From assembly GCA_038087875.1 (NCBI GenBank), contig JAXLNO010000146.1, positions 62,001 through 126,000 on the forward strand: a stretch of DNA of 64,000 nucleotides, in the 5' to 3' direction. Numbering within the stretch: position 1 is the stretch's first letter; the number at the start of each line of letters is the position of its first letter. Positions 35,612 through 47,464 of this stretch are shown here, piece by piece. The stretch comes from Malacoraja senta. Its lineage: Eukaryota. The translations under genes and the position numbers were made by a program. The notes under the pieces are model-generated. The model did no database searches. It was not told the origin of the DNA and saw only the letters and a list, made by a program, of their open reading frames with translations.

Positions 35612-37721
35612 AAGCCTCATCCTGGGCGCAGATGCGGCGTAGATGGAGGAATTGGGAGTCGGGGATAGAGTCTTTACAGGAAGCAGGGTGGGAAGGAGTG
35701 TAGTCAAGATAGCTATGGGAGTCAGTAGGTTTGAAGTAGATGTTGGTCAATAGTCTGTTTCCTGTGATGGAGACGGTGAGATCTGGAAACAGTCTTCTTC
35801 TTTTGTGTCCATCATCTATGTTTCAAATGTTCGGCCAGGCTCTTGCACAATGGGCAGCCTTCTAGTTTGCCACAGCTAGATCTTCCAGGCAGCATTGTTC
35901 ACCAAGAAGTGGGCATCTTAGTAGGTCTGGCATGGATTGTACAGATGGTCCACATTCACATTCTGTGTCTGCCACAACTGCACAGCCCCATTTGCTCATT
36001 TTGGTCTTGCATCGGCCCATCCCTGTACGAAGCCTATTGAGGGACTTCCAGGTCTTCCAGTCACACATGTGACCAGGTGGTAGCTATTCCTTGGTTGGGA
36101 TTGGCATCTTTACATGGTGGTGGTTTTCACTGCGTTTCTTTTCCCACAAGGTTAGTCTGGTTGCTTGAGTAGACTGTGACAGTGGATGGAATGTGTGAAG
36201 GAAGCTCTTCCTTGACTTTAGCCGTTTTGGGGCTGGTTTATGGGAGTGACAGGAATGGCGTTTGGCCCCAACTTGCCTTTCAGTTATACCGACAACTGAT
36301 CTGCGGATTCCTGGTGGAGCAATACTGGCCAAGACATGCAAGCTATCCACATCCGTTGGTTTTAGGCAGCCAGTAATGCATTTGCAGCTGTCATTAAGGA
36401 CGGTATCAACTTTTTTCGCATGAGATGATCTCTCCCAAACAGGACAAGCATACTCTGCAGCAGAATCGCACCACCATCATCTACTGTATCTATCTAGAAA
36501 CAGTAGAGAGATGGTCCAAGTGAATTTGAGTGCAGGATGGAAATTAGTTTCGAAGTTGATGAAGTCAGTGAGTTCCGCATGGGTGCAGGAGGTAGCACCA
36601 ATGCAGTCGTCGTGTAGCGGAGGTAGAGTTCGGGGATAGGGCCAGTGTACGCCTGGAACAGGGATTGTTTGACGTACCCTAATTAGAGGCAGGCATAGCT
36701 AGGGCCCATGCCTTGGATTTGGAGGAAGTGGGAGGATTCGAAGGAGAAGTTGTTGAGGATAAGGACCAGCTCTGCTAGGCAGAGGAGAGTATTGGTGGAC
36801 GGAAATTGACTGGTTCTGCGGTCGAAGAAGAAAGGGAGGGCTTTAAAACCCTCCTGGTGGGGGATGGAGGTGTAGAGTGACTGGACATCCATAGTAAAGA
36901 TGATGGAGTGGGGGCCTGAAAAACGGAAGTCATTGAGGAGACGAAGAGCGTGTGAGGTTTCTTGGACATACATAGGTAGGGAGGGATTGGACCAGGAAAG
37001 GATAGGATGTAGTCGAGGTATGTGGACATTAATTCGGTGGGACATGAACAAGCAGAAACAATGGGTCTGCCAGTACTGTTCTGTTTGTGGATTTTGGGGA
37101 GAGGATAAAATCTGGCCGTGTGGGGCTGGAGAACAATAAGGTTGGAGGCTTTAGACGGCAGAGAGCTGGAAGTGATGAAATCAGTAATGGTGCTTCAGAT
37201 TAAGGCCTGGTGCTCGTCTGTGGGGTCATGGTCCAAGGATAAGTAGGAGGAGGTGTCTAAAAGTTGTCGCCTGGCCTCAGTCTGGTAGAGCTCAGCCCGC
37301 CAGACTACCACGGCACCTCCCTTGTCGGCGGGTTTGATTATCCAGTCGAGGTTGCTGCAGAGTGAGCGGAGGGCTGTACATTCAGGGGGGGGGGATTAGA
37401 GTGAATAAGGGGAGTGGAAAATTTGAGGTGGTTGATGTCCCGCCGGCAGTTGGAAATGAAAAGGTCTAAACAAGTTAGAGGGCCATCCGGGAGAATCTAA
37501 GAGGAGGGGGTCCATTGGAGACGGGAGAAGGGGTCATCATTGGGTGATGAGGATGCCTTCCCATAGAAAAAAGCCTGGAGGCGGAGGCGACGGAAGAAGA
37601 GCTCTACATCGTGGCAGACCCGGAACTCGTTGAGGTGGGGGCAGAGGAAACAAAGGTGAGGCCTCTACTGAGGACAAACCGTTCCATGTCAGAAAGGAGG
37701 AGGTCAGAGGGTGGGGTGGTG
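35612..37721 (-). mobile_element. Penelope-like element RT fragment split by a Vingi insertion
   Basis: Closely similar to 20672-24660. FTMDVQSLYTSIPH and FKPTDSHSYLDY. Confidence 0.88.
35794..36491 (-). mobile_element. 5'-truncated Vingi-like LINE (second family)
   Basis: TSD ATCT(G/A)GAAACAGT (35781-35793 / 36492-36504) and GAA tail. WKSLNRLRTGMGRC..CECG..LLRCP. Confidence 0.83.
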
Positions 37722-38815
37722 AATAGACAATAGGTGCAGGAGTAGGCCATTCGGCCCTTTAAGCCAGCATCGCCATTCAATGTGATCATGGCTGATCATC
37801 CCCAATCAGTACCCCGTTCCTGCCTTCTCCCCATATCCCCTGACTCCCCTATCTTTAAGAGCCCTATCTAGCTCGCTCTTGAAAGTATCCAGAGAACCGG
37901 CCTCCACCACCCTCTGAGGCAGAGAATTCCATAGACTCACAACTCTCTGTGTGAAAAAGTGTTTCCTCATCTCCGTTCTAAATGGCTTATCCCTTATTCT
38001 TAAACTGTGGCCCCTGGTTCTGGACTCCCCCAACATCGGGAACATGTTTCCTGCCTCTCGCGTGTCCAAACCCTTTATAATCTTATATGTTTCAGTAAGA
38101 TTCCCTCTCATCCTTCTAAATTCCAGAGTATACAAGCCCAGCCGCTCTCAGCATATGACAGTCCTGCCATCCCGGGAATTAGCCTTGTAAACCTACGCTG
38201 CACTCCCTCAATAGCAAAAATGTCCTTCCTCAAATTGGGGAACAAAACTGCACACAATACTCCAGGTGTGGTCTCACTAGGGCCCTGTACAACTGCAGAA
38301 TGACCTCTTTCCTCCTATACTCAACTCCTCTTGTTATGAAGGCCAACATGCCATTCACTTTCTTCACTGCCTGCTGTACCTACATGCTTACTTTCATTGA
38401 CTGATGAACAAGGACCCCCCAGATCTCATTGTACTTCCCCTTTTCCCAACTTGACACCATTGATATAATAACCTGCCTTCCTGTTTTTGCTACCAAAGTG
38501 GATAACCTCACATTTATCTACATTAAACTACATCTGCCATGCATCTGCCCACACCCCCAACCTGTCCAAGTCACCCTGCATTCTCAAAGCATCCTTCTCA
38601 CAGTTCACACTGCCACCCAGCTTTGTGTCATCTGCAAATTTGCTAATGTTTCTTTAAATCCCTACATCTAAATCATTGATGTATATTGTTAATAGCTGCG
38701 GTCCCAGCACCGAGCCTTGCGGTACCCCACTAGTCACTGCCTGCCATTCTGAAAGGGACCCTTTGTTTACTGTCTGCCAACCAATTTTCTATCCAGGTCA
38801 GCACTCTACCCCCAA
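37722..38815 (-). mobile_element. CR1 (HER1-like) LINE 3' fragment
   Basis: RT C-terminus (LEFRRMRG..TRGHSL..FFTQRVV.LWNSLP) and the canonical 3' UTR/tail. Confidence 0.92.
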
Positions 38816-39742
38816 TAACATGGAGTCTGTACAGGGGGCGCCTCCCTGCGTCTCGGAAGGGTATGAAAGTTGCTGAGGAAAGACGGCTCAGATTGTGTGG
38901 GACTGACTCCCGAGGTCTGGGTCCAACGAGTACTTCCGGCTGAGCGGGCGTTTAGCTGAGTCTGAAATACACCATCTGATGGCCGCCAGTGGAGTTCTGA
39001 TGAGTTAGCGCCTGAATGATGGCCTGAGATACACAATTAACAAACACACGGGATGTTGATCACCCTTGTTATCCTGGCACGGTGCTCCATGCAGCTACTT
39101 TGGATCCAGAACTGGACTCCATGGATACCCCCAGCACCAGGCTCTTTCTCAGACACACCAAGTATTAGCGTCTGTCCCTGGACTTCTCTACAACATCAGG
39201 CTATGTCCCTGGTGCCCAGGATATTTCTGCGTTAGCAACTTTCTTTATTACTGTGATATTAATTCCTCTATCTACTTTACTGCAGCATAAACCTTGGCTG
39301 GTCAGGAGCCAAGGAACTGCACAGATGGCCTAAAGGGTATCTGTTAGTTGCTCCACACTTGGAAATGTACCTTATGGCTTTGAGGTGAAGTCTCTTAGGG
39401 TCAGCTGGATATTTGCAGAGAGGCAACCCAGTGAATCCAGATAATCTCTCAAGGTCTATTGCCAGTAGTGAAATATGCATATCAATTTATTACTTAATAC
39501 ATAATCCAGTAACGATCATCATTGTTCAAACGGTCATTTTGTTTAACAATAAATAAAAACAAAATCCACTAATAACAAGTTTATAGAATACGTTTAGTTT
39601 AATTGACAAGTATACTTGATTTTCTGCACTGTTCCAACGTATAGTAAAAACAAGGATCTTACGAACCACATCAATATGGATTTGGCAGGATCTTTGACAA
39701 AATCAAAGGTATCGATCAAAACAGCCATTGAAAATTTTAAGC

Positions 39743-39876
39743 TGTGGCGGTCTGCCAGGAGGTTTCCCGAGGTCCCTCTCGTGTGTGTGTGTGAGTGTTC
39801 TCGCTGTGTTATTAAAGACTACTGTTTGAACCTGCCTGGCGTCTGGCCTTTTCCTGACCTCGTCCAGGCCGCCACA
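39743..39876 (+). mobile_element. Miniature solo LTR (134 bp)
   Basis: Termini TGTGGCGG...CCGCCACA (8-bp inverted), 4-bp TSD AAGC, internal ATTAAA. Confidence 0.75.
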
Positions 39877-41962
39877 AAGCCTTAATTCAGAGTTTGTGCA
39901 CTTCTAATGTTACAATGTGGGCTAAAAGTTTTGCCTGAAGCCATTCAGAGCAATGTATTATCTTCTCAGACTGAGATTATGGGTGGGGACATCTGGATGT
40001 GCCCATTGTAAGCATTACCATCTCTAATGTAAAAGCATCAAGGGCAAGAATCACTGATTTCTGAAATTGCAATGCATGAGAAACTTGAACATAAGTTACT
40101 GTTTAAAGCATTTGAAAAGGGAAAATTGGTCTGGTCTTTCAGGGGATAATTATATTTTCCTTAAAAGGAAATAGTGGAAAGCCATATTGATGTTTCCTGC
40201 ATATTATAAGGAAGTAAGTTTTGAGGAAGTCAAATTGAACAGTGACAAGTCCTCTCAGCCCATTAATATTGCTTGCTGGATTCTTGTTCAGTTTCAAAGA
40301 ATGAAACAGGCATAATATTTTGGCAAAGTCAGCGTGCTACAGTGAAGAGACACCGTGCCAATAAACAGAACCAGATAAGAGCACCTAATTTTGTATTGGA
40401 CAATAAAGTTTCTCCAGGGCTCAGGATAAAGAGAAAATGGCAATTAAAAGAATGTGTAAATTGAACAGTATGAAGAGACTGCGGACATAAGGTAGCAAAA
40501 AATACACTATCAAATGGAATTTTAATATTTGTTTTTAGCAGAGTCAGGAAGGTGTAGGTCAGAATAGGAATTTGACTGCCCTCTCTTGGAGATAGATATG
40601 TAGGTAGGTAGGTAAGTAGGTAGGGAGAGAGCGAGAGAGGTAGAAAGGAAGGGAGAGAAAGCAAGACAAATATTTTGGTGCCATCTCCGTCCCCCCAGCA
40701 CAGATCCCTATTGTTCTCCGGGGAGGGGGGGGCACTCCGGTCCCCTTTCTCTTTCATGACCTCGGTGCCTATGTATTCCGACCTCGATTTTCCATGTCCC
40801 TCCTCGTTCTTGGTCAATGCCGGTGGCTTGGGCCCGAGTTCGGAGTCCGTGGTGCACGGGCCGACCACTCTTACCTGTAGGTCTTCCGTTGACGGTCCTT
40901 AGGAAGCGATTCTCCGTCCGCGGCGGATGGTCTTCTGTCATTGGACCACGGCGAGCGATCTGCGAGGGGCTGTCCCCCGTCACCGCTCCACCTTGGCTGC
41001 CCTGAAGGCTGCAGCGTCCTGTGGGGAGTGTGGTCGTGGTCTTGTTATTAAGAGACTAGCATGAGGCAGACCAACCCCTTTCCAGGATCAAGATGGGGAA
41101 GATTAAATAGTAAATGTCTTCAAGCACGCCACGATCTGTGGACAAAGTTAGTTGAAAACCCAATCTTGGCCTGCATTGGATGTTGCATATGGTCTTATAT
41201 CAGGGTACCAGTGTATACATGTGTGGAAAAGTAACACTACCAGAATGCAGAAATCCAAGTCAAATTTGCACTGAAGAGCAGGTTTTCTGACAAGTTTCAT
41301 GAGTTGGCAAGTCACTAGATGGACCCAAAATGATGGAGTAACTCAGTGGGACAGGGAGCCACAAGCAACTGACATATTCTCCACAGTGGAACAATCAAAG
41401 TAATGAATCACGTGGAAAGTGTTACAACAAGCTGCTAATTTACAGGGCTTGAAGTTGAGCTCTGGCGGTCTGGGGCGTTTGAGAGCTGGAGTAACTTTGT
41501 TCACAATTACTTAATAATATAGTACACTGTAACTTTTTGTACAATATGATCTCCTCTGTATGATATATATGTAACCAAATGCAACCCAGATTACTTTTGT
41601 GTTTTTGGGTAAATATATTAATTGACTGTGAACTTTAAAATGATCTAAAAGAATCAGGAAGATGCATGTCAGTTTCACTCAAAATAAAATGTTTTAATAT
41701 TTAAGAAATGCAAAGCAAACCTAGCCGTTTCTTTATCACCTTGTAGGGGCAGATGAACTCGGGATAAAGGGAAATCTTAAACTTATCCCCGTGTGTGGAC
41801 AACAGCTCAGATTAAAAATGAAAGAGCAAAGAATTGATATATCCAGGTCAAGGTTCATATCCTTACTAAAAGAGATGGATTCCCAAACTTTCACATGGCA
41901 CAATTGGAGTTAAAAGTTAATCCTGTACATTAACTGAACAAACAAATGTTGCTGAATCTTGT

Positions 41963-42420
41963 AATCATAAGTGATAGGAGTACAATTAGGCCATTCGGCC
42001 CATTAAGTCTACTCTGCCATTCAATCATGGCTGATCTATCTCTCCCTCCTACCCCATTCTCCTGCCTTCTCCCCATAACCTCTGACACCCGTACTAATCA
42101 AGAATCTAGCTATCTCTGCCTTTAAAAAAAATCCACTGATTTGGCCTCCACAGCCTTCTGTGGCAAAGAATTCCACAGATTCACCACCCTCTGACAAAAT
42201 AAATTTCTCCTCATCTTCCTAAAAGAATGTCCTTTAAATCTGAGGCTATGGCCTCTAGTCTTAGACTCTCCCACTAGTGGAAACAATATCCCCACATCCA
42301 CTCTATTCAAGCCTTTATTCAGTATGTTTCAATGAGGGCCCCCCCCCTCATTCTTCCAAACTCCAGTAAGTACAGGCCCAGTGTCGATAAACGCTCATCA
42401 TCGGTTAACCTACTCATTCC
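41963..42420 (-). mobile_element. CR1/HER1 3' fragment
   Basis: TRGHSL..QRVVNLWNSLP and the 3' UTR shared with other copies. Confidence 0.85.
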
Positions 42421-42528
42421 TGATAATCTAAAATCGTGCCGTCAGCTATGCATGCAAGAATGCAACCCACTTAATGCACTCTCTGCCCACATAAGTAATA
42501 AGTATAGAACCTATTCCCCTTTTAAGGA

Positions 42529-42697
42529 TAGACACAAAAAGTTGGAGTAACTCAGCGGGTCAGGCAGCATCTCTGGTGTCGACCCGAATAGTTACCTATT
42601 CCTTTTCTCTAGAGATGCTGCTAGACCCGCTGAGTTACTCCAGCTTTTTGTGCCTATCTTCGGTTTAAACCAACACCTGCAGTTCCTTCCTACACGA
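42529..42697. mobile_element. Penelope-derived short insertion with inverted arms
   Basis: 13-bp TSD CCCCTTTTAAGGA (42516-42528 / 42698-42710). Arms at ~42527-42574 and ~42612-42659 are near reverse complements. Confidence 0.8.
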
Positions 42698-43134
42698 CCC
42701 CTTTTAAGGAATTGTGTTCTTGACATGCACAGACAAGCTGGCCTCTCCACACCTTGCAAATAGAGGCTGTGCGATTCTATGAGAACACTCCCAAGGTCAG
42801 TTGAAAGCCCCTAGGCAAAGGCAGTCTAGAACATGAAAGTGCTTACTCCAGCTCTACATATCATTATCTTGTCACATCATAAACCACTGTTTGACACATT
42901 ATATAAATGTAATATTGGTATTATTCAACATTATTCCCAAAGAAACACCAGTGCCTGCAGAGGATAGACACAAAATGCTGGAGTAACTTCGCGGGTCAGG
43001 CAGCATCTATGATGAGGGAATGGGTGACGTTTCGGGTCGAGACCCTTCTTCATCTCTGTTTGCTTTGTTGTTAACTTGTCCTAACTAACAATGATCTATT
43101 CTACATTATCCTTGATCTCCATTCCCTTTGTCCT

Positions 43135-43624
43135 TGTCGTGGCCATTTGGCCTGTTTTGCATGTCATTGAGGATGGCATGTGCCTTTAAATTTTAGACTG
43201 CCCGTTATATTGTGGGTGGGATTTATGACGTGTTTTTGGGCGTCTTTGGAGCTTAGGTGCTTGCGCAGAAGTTTAGTTTTTAGATTAGTTTGGAGTGCCG
43301 ATGGGGAAGGTTAACCCTTCTACCATGCGGGATCATGCCAGGGTTACGGAGACACGAGGAGTTTTCTAGTCTAAAGTAATAAGCTGGAGTTCGAAGAAGA
43401 TTGTGGTAACGAGTTGGAAGAAACTTGGATGTATCTCACTTTCTATCAACAATAAAGCATTTATTCATCAAAATACTGTGTTTTGAAGTCATATCTGAGA
43501 AGAAGCTCTGAAGGTCTCTGTGAGTGAGCTTGCATACGTTTAGAAGACACACCCTTCCACCATTCTCATCCAAATAGCGGCTAGGGTGCTAATTACCTGA
43601 AAGATATGAAAATCTGCCGCTACA
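43135..43624 (+). mobile_element. Solo LTR (490 bp) inserted in Penelope-derived sequence
   Basis: Termini TGTCGTGGC...GCCGCTACA, 5-bp TSD GTC(C/T)T, AATAAA at 43451. Confidence 0.7.
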
Positions 43625-43854
43625 GTCTTGTTTTCACACCTTACACTTCATTATCTATACACTCCTTATCTGTGTACCACCCTCACCCCTGATATAAAAA
43701 CTTTAAAAAAAGAAAAGAAAAGAATAGAAACCCTGGATTACTGGCAGGGGAATTGTTGCCAAAATTGCAATCTTTGTTTTCAACTTTATTGAGGAGTCCA
43801 CTAAACTAGTTCAATAGCTTTACAGGAGAATAAGTGTACACCACTGTATTCATT

Positions 43855-44165
43855 TTTAGTTTAGAGGTACAGCACTGAAACAGGCCCTTCGGCCTACTGT
43901 GTCTATGCCAATTGCCGATCACCCATTCATACTAAATCTATGTGTTATCTCACTTTCTCATCCACCCCCTACACACGAGGAGCAACTTATTGCGGCCAAT
44001 TGGCCTACAAACCGGCATATCCTTGAGATGTTGGATGAAACCAGAACACGCACGTGGTCACAGGGAGAACATGCAAACTCCACACAGGCGGCAGAGACTA
44101 GGATCGGACCCGGGTCTGTGGGCGCTGTGAGGCACTGGCTCTACCAGCTAGCCACTAATCCTGCC
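43855..44165 (-). mobile_element. HE1-like tRNA-derived V-SINE
   Basis: tRNA-like head, V-SINE core (gagtttgcatgttctccctgtgacc) and CR1-like tail. Confidence 0.75.
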
Positions 44166-44624
44166 CGCTTGTGTATGATATGATTTTATGTCTCCAGATA
44201 ATGTTCATGATCCTGGTGAGTCTCTTAGAACATAGAATGGTACAGCAAAGGAACAAGCCTTTTGACCGACAATGTCTGTGCCCAACATGCTGCTACGATA
44301 AACTAATCTGCTCTGCCTGCACATGATACCTATCCCTCCATTCCCTGCATAACCACGTGCCTATCTAAAAGCCTTTTCAACGCCACTATCATATCAGCCT
44401 CCACCACCACCCTTGGCAATGAATTCCAGGCATCCACCGGTCTGTGTAAAAAGCTTGCCCCACTCATCTATAAAATGTGCCAATTTCACCTTAAAGCTGT
44501 GCCCACTAGTCTTTGACATTTCCACCTGAAAAAAAAGGGTTCTGACTATCAATCCTATCTATTCATCTTACTAATATACTCTGCAAGCTCTCTAATGCTA
44601 CCTTACTGCTTTAGTTTAATTGAG

Positions 44625-44912
44625 TTTAGAGATACAGTGTGGAAACAGGCCCTTTGGCCCACCAAGTCCGTGCCAACCAGTGATCCCCGTGCACTAGATC
44701 CATCCTACACACTAGGGACAATTTACAAAAGCCAATGAATCTGCAAACCTGTACGTCTTTTGAATGTGAAAGGAGACCGGAGCACCCGGAGAAAACCAAC
44801 ATAGTCACAATGAGAAGATATAAACCTCCATATAGACAAGCACTCGTAGGCAGGATTGAACCCGGGTTTCTAATGCTGTAAGGCAGCACCTCTACCGCCA
44901 TGCCACTGTATT
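44625..44912 (-). mobile_element. HE1-like V-SINE
   Basis: A/B-box head (tggcatggcggtagag..gggttcaatcc) and tail gggcctgtttccacactgtatctctaaact. Confidence 0.82.
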
Positions 44913-45059
44913 GCCCACTTTGCATGGTTCTTGACAATGACCTGCTACATACATCAATTAATTTGCAGTTCCAGACTGCAAAATCGCCTGTGTGCAGGTG
45001 TGGCATATGTCACATTCTGTGCCAACTTTGTTCTCATTAAAGATGGAGTAAATGACTAA

Positions 45060-45513
45060 AGGGCCTGTCCCACGAGTATGCGACTGCATGCGGCAAGCGC
45101 GACCAAACCGGAAGCGGGGGCCGCGCGGAGGTTGAGTGATCCCCGTACAGGGCCTGTCCCACGAGCATGCGGCTGCATGCGGCGAGCGCCACCAAACCGG
45201 AAGCGGGGGCCGTGCGGAGGTCGAGTGATGTCAAGACGGTGCGTACGGCGTCGAGGCGGTGCGCACGGCCTCGAGGTGGCTGCGCACGGCCTCGATGCGG
45301 CTGCGGGCCGGCAGGCCGTTGCCGCGCAGAATTTTTGAACAGTCAGTTTTTCGGAGCCCCGCGCGATGTCGGGACCAGCTCCGCACAACTCCATACGGCT
45401 CCGCCGATTGAAATGGGACCGGCCCCGCGACCTCCACGCGGCCCCCGCACGGCCCCCGCTTCCGGTTTGGTCGCACTTGCCACATGCAGTCGCATGCTCG
45501 TGGGACAGGCCCT
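45060..45513. mobile_element. PIF/Harbinger-type MITE
   Basis: Long TIRs AGGGCCTGTCCCACGAG...CTCGTGGGACAGGCCCT and TAA TSD (45057-45059 / 45514-45516). The left end is duplicated internally at 45149-45229. Confidence 0.85.
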
Positions 45514-45516
45514 TAA

Positions 45517-45955
45517 CACTTTCATTCTCCTTCCCATTCCCACACAGTCCTTTCTGTCCTAGGTCTCCTCCATTTTCAGAGTGAGGCTAAACGCAAATTG
45601 GAGGAACAGCATCTCGTATTTCGCTTGGGCTGCTTACAGCCAGTGGTATGATTTTTGATTTCTCTAACTTCAATTAACCCCGGCATTCCCTCTCTCACTA
45701 TCCCTCCCCCACCCAAGTCGCACTAGCCTCTTGTTTTCACCCAACAAACAGCCAACAATGGCCTGTTTCCTTTATCATCGTTACTTTTGTGCATATGTTT
45801 AATTCATTGTTCTTTATCGCTCAACATTATCGTTTATATCATTTGTTTCCCTTAACCCTAACCAATCTGAAGAAGGTCTCGACCTGAAACGTCACCCATT
45901 CCTTCTCTCCAGAGATGCTGCCTGCCCCACTGAGTTACTCCAGCTTTTTGTGTCT
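45517..45955 (+). mobile_element. Penelope-like element 3' end with pLTR and hammerhead motif
   Basis: GIY-YIG C-terminus (RKLEEQHLVFRLG) followed by CTGAAGA-AGGTCTCGACCT-GAAACGTC. Confidence 0.82.
45867..45893 (+). ncRNA. Minimal type-I hammerhead ribozyme motif (PLE-associated)
   Basis: CUGAAGA core, stem II AGGTC-TC-GACCT, then GAAAC and a GUC cleavage triplet. Confidence 0.7.
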
Positions 45956-46396
45956 ACATGTAAATTACTTGTTGGTTTGGAAACTGCTCAACCTGTAATC
46001 GCAGAATGCAGCCACTAGGGGGCTCTGCAATCTTCCATATTAACACTTGGCCAAACTTTCGAAAATCTGCCAGGGAATGGGCCTGGAAATGATTTATTCC
46101 CAAAGCTGGGGAAGTCATGCACACTTCCAGCCCTCAGTCTGGTAATTCAGACTACTAATTCCAGGGCAAGTTCTCCAGCGATATGTACAACAGACCATTT
46201 ACATGAATGGGAGAAATGAACTGTCTGCAGAAAGGTAAGAACAACTTTCCTTATAGTTTAATTGAATATATGTTTCAAATTATTTTTGTGTGCGCATTCA
46301 GCCTTTCTAATTACAGTAAAACTCCAATAATTCAGAAACCTTAGAACTTTATTGGTGCTTGCCTAGCGGATTTTTCAGAGAATTCCCTATTATCGC

Positions 46397-46845
46397 AGGG
46401 ATGAGAGGGTTAACATATGATGAGCGTTAGACTGCACTGGGCCTGGACTCGCTGGAGTTTAGAAGGATTAGGGGGGGACCTTATTGAAATTTACCAAATA
46501 GAGTGGATGTGGAGAGGATGTTTCCACTACTGGGAAAGTTGAGGACCAGAGCCCATAGCCTCAGAATAAAAGGACATGCCTTTAGGAAGGAGATGAGGAG
46601 GAATTTATTTAGTCGGAGGGTGGTGAATCTGTGGAATTCATCGCCACAGAAGGATGTGGAGGCCGTCAATTGATATTTTTAAGGCAGACATTGATAGATT
46701 CTTGATTAGTACGGGTGTCAGAGGTTATGGAGCGAAGGGCAGGAGAATGGTGTTCTGAGGGGAAGATAGATCAGCCATGATTGAATGGTGGAGTAGGCTT
46801 AATGGGCCGAATGACCTAATTCTGCTCCTCTAACATGAACTTAAG
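46397..46845 (+). mobile_element. CR1/HER1 3' fragment
   Basis: Same 3' region as 41963-42420, opposite orientation. Confidence 0.85.
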
Positions 46846-47264
46846 AACACCAAATGCAGTTTTTAATAATATGTTTGTGATATGTTTATGTCTGAGATCC
46901 TGGCTTCTGTCCTAAACCAAAATCAGTGATGACACAAGAAACTGCAGCTGCTGGAATCTAGAGCAAAACACAAAATGCTGGAGAAAGCCTACAGGTTAGG
47001 CAGCATCTGGGGAGCAAATTGACAGATGACGTTTCGAGTCAAGGCCCTTCTTCAGATGGATAGGAGAGAAAGCTAGAAAAGAGATGTGGGGAAAGGAAAA
47101 CGTCAGGCAAGTGATTCGTGGATGTAATAGGTTATGTAATAGGAGCAGAATTAGGCCATTCTGCCCATCAAGTCTATTCCACTATTCAATCATGGCTGAT
47201 CTATCTCTCCCTCCTAACCATATTCTCCTACTTTCTCCCTATAACCCCTGACACCTGTACAGGT

Positions 47265-47452
47265 CTTTTTATCGAGTCCCCATCACATGATTAGATATTG
47301 TTCAGCCAGAGCTGAACAAACTTCACGGCATCTTCATTGTAGGCTTCGAGATCAGCAGCTATATAATTGGTTTTCCAGTTGTGGGCATTTCAGCAGGTGT
47401 TCCATTGTTTGTGATTCAATACCACATTCGCAGTTGACATCGTTGGAGTTAT
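47265..47452 (-). mobile_element. Vingi-like LINE extreme 3' end (third family)
   Basis: Minus strand reads CECGIESQTMEHLLKCP. 12-bp TSD ACCTGTACAGGT (47253-47264 / 47453-47464). Confidence 0.78.
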
Positions 47453-47464
47453 ACCTGTACAGGT

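Noticed and set aside
199..38303. Numerous short plus-strand ORFs in the left half
   Set aside because: They are antisense shadows of TE coding regions with no independent motifs.
39067..39237. TGTTA...TAGCA possible solo LTR
   Set aside because: The flanks (CCCT vs ACTT) do not form a convincing TSD and there is no poly(A) signal.
40329..40983. 179-aa and 91-aa minus ORFs
   Set aside because: They run through microsatellite and low-complexity sequence with no recognisable domain.
45037..45584. Cluster of overlapping ORFs on both strands
   Set aside because: Artefact of the GC-rich palindromic MITE.
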